DNA of 64,000 nt from an uncultured Phycisphaerales bacterium (GTDB taxonomy: Bacteria; Planctomycetota; Phycisphaerae; Tepidisphaerales; Tepidisphaeraceae), in contig CAWBWQ010000001.1 of assembly GCA_963792535.1 (NCBI GenBank), positions 448,001 through 512,000 on the forward strand, written 5' to 3'. Below are positions 60,014 to 64,000 of the stretch, one piece after another. A model generated the notes under the pieces. The model saw only the letters and a list, made by a program, of their open reading frames with translations. It had not been told where the DNA came from and made no database searches. Numbering within the stretch: the stretch's first letter is position 1; every line of letters begins with the position of its first letter. A program made the translations under genes and the position numbers.

Positions 60014-61777
60014 TCACTTTGCGGGGACAGGATACATCTCGTCGCGCAGCGGGATCTGCACGAAGCGATTCGGATCCAGAGCGGCGTTGTTAAGGCTGTC
60101 GACCACGCCGGTGGCATAGTTTAAATCAGCGGTTCCAGTTGCGCCGGTTTGGGTATCATAGATCGTCCGTGTTCCCTTAATTGTTTCAATGAAATCCGCA
60201 GCGTTGCGCGACTTTTGCAGTTCGTCAGCCTTCCACTGGTCATTATGCCGCTGGTAGCCCGCGATTTGTTCCGCGTGCCGAGCCTGTCCGTCGGCAAATC
60301 GCTGCGCCTGGTCGTGCATGAACTGGTCATGGTTGCGTTGCAGTTGCGCTGCGTTCGCATCCGCCTGCTGGTTGAGCATCGCCATCTGCTGGTCGCGTTG
60401 TTCGCGCATCCGCTGCGATGCCATCTCCGCGTCCACATGTTCGCTTTTAATCATAGCCAGCATGAGTGGCTTGTCCTGTTCGAACGTCGTTCGCGGCGAT
60501 GTGAACCCGGTAAAGCAATACATCCAGGTTCCCTCGACGATCGGAGCCATTTGAATCGTGCCCAGGCCGCGCAATTCAAGGGTTCTCTCATTCAGAGTGC
60601 GTGTTCCGTCCCAGGAAATGATCGCCGCCTTTCCGTCCTTTAGGTCGCAGGGGGCATCCTCGTGAGAAATGATTTTGTCCAGGTGCCCGCTCGGGCCGCC
60701 GCGAGACTCGCTGATTTTACTGATCTGCGGTCCCAGATCCGTCATCGCCTGGACGGGATCAGTAAAGTCGGCCACCAGCATCGGTGCCCTGGCGGGCGGG
60801 TTTCCACCCATCTGTCGCATAATCGCTTCGTTGTGCTCGATCAATTTCATCAGCGGCGAATCGGGTGTCTGCACATTAAATATGTTTCCGATGGCAATCG
60901 TCTGATCGGCGGGCCCGGTGATAAAAACAGGACTAATCGCCGAAGGTGCCTCGCTTTTCCAGCCTGCGGCAAGCGTCAGCGTGCCAGTGCCGTCGGGAAA
61001 TTGATAGGTTCGCGCATCGGCACCCAGCAGATTCGGCGCATCCGTCGCCTGCGTGTCGGATTGCGCGGGTGAGGGAGGCGATGTCAGTTTATCCCAGTCT
61101 GCTTTGCCCGCATCCGCCCGGTCGAAAATGACCGCCACGGTTGCGCCGGCGGCAGTTAATTTGCAGGAGACGACGCCTTTTATCTTTTGATCCTTGAGCG
61201 TTGAACTGAAGGTAGCCCCACCAGAACTGTGGTCGCGCGCGTCCTCGTAGGCTTTGCCGATTTCAGGTCGAGATCCAAAGTAGCGCGCAAGGTCGGGGAA
61301 GGTTGCTTCGAGTGCTGCCTGCACCGATTTAACGTTCGCTTTCTGGGTAACAAGCGATTTGCCGAAATCGGTGGAGGCCTCAGTCGTGTAGCCCGCCAGC
61401 GGATCTTGCTTGCCTGAATCAACCAGGGGATTCGATGCTGCTCCAAGCGGGTTTTTTGCCACCGACAACCGCTTTAAGTTGTAGGTCGACCCTCCGGTGC
61501 TGAGCGTCAGCGTGTCGCCTGTAAGAATCGCAGTGAAAGGGAAAGTGTCCGCGCCGGTTGCGAATGTGCCTTCAAACCCGTGGTCAGTCACGTGCGCTGT
61601 GGCGGCAAAAGTCTGCCCGTTCAGCGTGAGCTTTCCTGGATAGACACCGCCCGAAGCATCACTGAATTCCGCTAATAATTTTCCGTCATCAAATTTGCCA
61701 GCGAGCTGCGCGTGGCCCGGCGTGGGACACGCGATCAACATCGCCAGAAAAATGACGCGGCGGATTAAATATTTCAT
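60014..61777 (-). CDS. Hypothetical secreted protein with Gln-rich C-terminal coil
   Basis: Signal peptide ending GHA-Q; 587-aa ORF; Q-rich helix near the C-terminus. Confidence 0.75.
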   Translation of the reverse strand: MKYLIRRVIFLAMLIACPTPGHAQLAGKFDDGKLLAEFSDASGGVYPGKLTLNGQTFAATAHVTDHGFEGTFATGADTFPFTAILTGDTLTLSTGGSTYNLKRLSVAKNPLGAASNPLVDSGKQDPLAGYTTEASTDFGKSLVTQKANVKSVQAALEATFPDLARYFGSRPEIGKAYEDARDHSSGGATFSSTLKDQKIKGVVSCKLTAAGATVAVIFDRADAGKADWDKLTSPPSPAQSDTQATDAPNLLGADARTYQFPDGTGTLTLAAGWKSEAPSAISPVFITGPADQTIAIGNIFNVQTPDSPLMKLIEHNEAIMRQMGGNPPARAPMLVADFTDPVQAMTDLGPQISKISESRGGPSGHLDKIISHEDAPCDLKDGKAAIISWDGTRTLNERTLELRGLGTIQMAPIVEGTWMYCFTGFTSPRTTFEQDKPLMLAMIKSEHVDAEMASQRMREQRDQQMAMLNQQADANAAQLQRNHDQFMHDQAQRFADGQARHAEQIAGYQRHNDQWKADELQKSRNAADFIETIKGTRTIYDTQTGATGTADLNYATGVVDSLNNAALDPNRFVQIPLRDEMYPVPAK

Positions 61778-62009
61778 AGCAGAATCCTGGGTAAGTACGC
61801 CCCGCATTGCAATCGTCACTGTTTTGCATGTCAAACAAATTCCTGGGAATCGAGACGGTGTCGTTCCGATAAAAGAGGCTCACACGATGATTGCCTGAAG
61901 GCCGTCGGCAGAACAAAAGGCGATTTCCGGACGATTGCCGTGTGACTCATTAATTGTTGGCTTGGATTCGACGATGAGATCTTCGCGGGGTCTTGCTCGC
62001 GCCATAGCC

Positions 62010-63752
62010 ATGATCTTTCAGCCTCAGACAGATTCGACCGAGCCGCTTTCGGAGACCCAACCGCGGGAACCGCGGCCACGCCGAGGCGGATTTGGTCTAC
62101 AAGGCCGATTGATGCTGGCATTTTTAGGGTTGATCTCCGCGGCCCTGGGCAGCAGTTGCTGGTTATTTGCGTCACAAAGTTACGAGCAGATGAGCGAAAT
62201 GATCGGGCAGCAGGCCCGTATGATGGCCTATACGCTTTCGCTTGCAGCCCAGCCGTCGATTGCGTCGAACAAACGAAAAGATCTGGACGAAATGGGCCGC
62301 GGGTTGCTCAATACCCGTAGCGTTCTGTTCGTTGCGTTTCTCGACGGAAAACAGCAACCCATTGCACTGGCTAATCGGTACGAAGATTTCAACTGGAGCA
62401 ACGTCAGCCCGCTGCATCCCGACACTGAATCACTTTACATGGTGCATCCGCGATCCTCTGCATCGTTCGGTGATTTTGTCGATGTTTACGCGCCGATCTA
62501 TGCCAAGCACAGCGTCAATGCCCCCGGCGCAAAGGAAGGAGATACCGACCCTGATGCAAAACCGATTGGTTTTGTCGTTGTGGGTATTTCGCTGGATAAA
62601 GAACAGGCCCAGCTTTACTGGGTTAACTGGCTGGTCGCCGGCATCGGCGTTGTCATGGTTCTTATCAGTCTTCCCGTGGCTTACCTCATTGTGTACGGCA
62701 TTTTCAAACCCATCCGTAAATTGGTCGAAGCAACACGCCGCGTGGGTGCCGGGCGATTAGATCACGAAGTGGAAATACATCGTGATGACCAGATCGGTGA
62801 GTTGGCGGACTCTTTCCAGGACATGATTTCCAGGATCCGCCAGCAGCGTGAAGCGCTGGCGACCACCAACAGCAAGCTTGCCGACGCCAACGAACAGCTC
62901 GGTGTATCCAATCAAAAACTTTCTGACGCCAACAGCGCCTTGGAAGAAAAGGTGCTTCAGCGTACCGCCCAACTCGAAACCGCAAATCGACGATTGACCA
63001 GTGAAATCGACGAGAAGGAAGATTTCCTTCGCGCGATCTCGCACGATCTCAATGCGCCGCTGCGGAACATCGCCGGCATGGCTGCCATGCTTCTTGTGAA
63101 GCACAGGGACAAGTTCAACGAAGACATCATCCACCGCCTGGAACGCATCCAGAAAAACGTGCAGGTGGAGACGGATCTTATTTCCGAGTTACTCGAACTC
63201 TCGCGCATTAAGACACGCCGCCAGACGATGGAAAAGGTCGACACCGAGTCGATCGTAAAAGACCTCGAAGGTGTTCTCGAAGAAGACCTGCGCAGCAAGC
63301 AGATCAGTGTGATTCTCGATTCACCGCTGCCGCATCTCACAGCCGAGCGGGCGAGAATTCGGCAGGTGTTTCAGAACCTGATCGATAACGCCATCAAGTA
63401 TATGGGCGAAGATCGCGCGGTCCGCGAAATTCACGTCGGCGCCATTCCGGGCGCGGACGAAACCCGGTTTTATGTGCGCGACACCGGTATCGGCATCGAG
63501 CCTGATGATGTCGACAAGGTGTTCCACATCTTCCGCCGCGGCCGCGGGGTGGCGGTTCAGAAAGTGCCTGGCAAAGGCGTTGGTTTATCCAGCGTCAAAA
63601 GCATTATCGAGATGTATAGCGGCTCAATCTGGGTTGAAAGCAAAATTGGAGAAGGCAGCACCTTCTTCTTCACGATCAACGGGAAATACGTGGGTGATTC
63701 ATCAAACACAGCTGTGGCGCTGGCAACACCACCGAAGGCCATGGCCGCTTAG
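62010..63752 (+). CDS. Membrane sensor histidine kinase (HAMP, HisKA, HATPase_c)
   Basis: Two TM helices, HAMP (PIRKL...DQIGELADSF), ISHDLNAPL H-box, NLIDNAIKY, DTGIG and GKGVGL. Confidence 0.95.
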   Translation: MIFQPQTDSTEPLSETQPREPRPRRGGFGLQGRLMLAFLGLISAALGSSCWLFASQSYEQMSEMIGQQARMMAYTLSLAAQPSIASNKRKDLDEMGRGLLNTRSVLFVAFLDGKQQPIALANRYEDFNWSNVSPLHPDTESLYMVHPRSSASFGDFVDVYAPIYAKHSVNAPGAKEGDTDPDAKPIGFVVVGISLDKEQAQLYWVNWLVAGIGVVMVLISLPVAYLIVYGIFKPIRKLVEATRRVGAGRLDHEVEIHRDDQIGELADSFQDMISRIRQQREALATTNSKLADANEQLGVSNQKLSDANSALEEKVLQRTAQLETANRRLTSEIDEKEDFLRAISHDLNAPLRNIAGMAAMLLVKHRDKFNEDIIHRLERIQKNVQVETDLISELLELSRIKTRRQTMEKVDTESIVKDLEGVLEEDLRSKQISVILDSPLPHLTAERARIRQVFQNLIDNAIKYMGEDRAVREIHVGAIPGADETRFYVRDTGIGIEPDDVDKVFHIFRRGRGVAVQKVPGKGVGLSSVKSIIEMYSGSIWVESKIGEGSTFFFTINGKYVGDSSNTAVALATPPKAMAA

Positions 63753-63782
63753 CGTGTTTGTTCAGAAAGCAGGGTTAGTTCA

Positions 63783-64000
63783 ATGATTGCAACACTGGGG
63801 AAAGATGTGGACAAGGGCCAGAATCTGCCCGAGGATCCGATCACGATTTTGCTGGTCGACGACGATCCGGATTGCAGGATGCTGGTCAAGGACGCCATAG
63901 CCGACAGCAAGGTCCGCAACAGCGTGTACGAAGTGGGCACCGCCGAGGAGGCTTTGAAATTCCTCAAGCGGGAATCGACCTACGCCAACGCGCCGCGCCC
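63783..64000 (+). CDS. Response regulator receiver (Rcp1-like), partial
   Basis: Manual translation MIATLGKD...ITILLVDDDPDCRMLVKDAI...EEALKFLKRESTYANAPRP, open to the window end. Confidence 0.88.
   Translation, partial: MIATLGKDVDKGQNLPEDPITILLVDDDPDCRMLVKDAIADSKVRNSVYEVGTAEEALKFLKRESTYANAPR

Noticed and set aside
1..64000. tRNA, rRNA, transposase or prophage genes
   Set aside because: None recognised by eye. Intergenic gaps are short and explained by promoters, terminators or repeats; tRNAscan/Infernal was not run.

Overview
A 64-kb stretch of a bacterial chromosome, most likely Planctomycetota (Phycisphaerae/Tepidisphaerales-like). This is inferred from an LEPRxLL-type secreted protein, a bitopic LysM protein and the overall gene content, not from a database search. 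The window holds a flagellar export and regulation operon (fliL-fliN-fliO-fliP-fliQ-fliR-flhB-flhA-flhF-flhG-hyp-fliA), comEC and housekeeping genes (gltA, gatC, rpmB, purD, rsmH, hisDCB, rnhA, pnp, rpsO, mrp, nrnA-like, yidD, lon, hsp20). It also holds a YqiJ/flotillin plus two-K+-channel cluster, a halogenase-like flavoprotein with a GT9, and a two-component pair. About a dozen genes are split by single-base indels, which is typical of uncorrected long-read sequence. The best candidate for a poorly described system is a compact type VII-like locus at 24083-29808 in a diderm bacterium. It encodes a WXG100 protein, a helical partner fused to an Imm33/DUF2185-like domain, a second WXG100-like protein and a membrane-anchored FtsK/EssC-like ATPase, with no other T7SS genes nearby. 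Other leads are an rsmH-LysM-ftsL-like dcw remnant, two probable pseudo-enzymes (a globin lacking the proximal His and a debranching glucosidase lacking its catalytic Asp), sigma28-like promoters and palindromic heptamer-repeat elements. No rRNA, tRNA, CRISPR array or transposase was seen.
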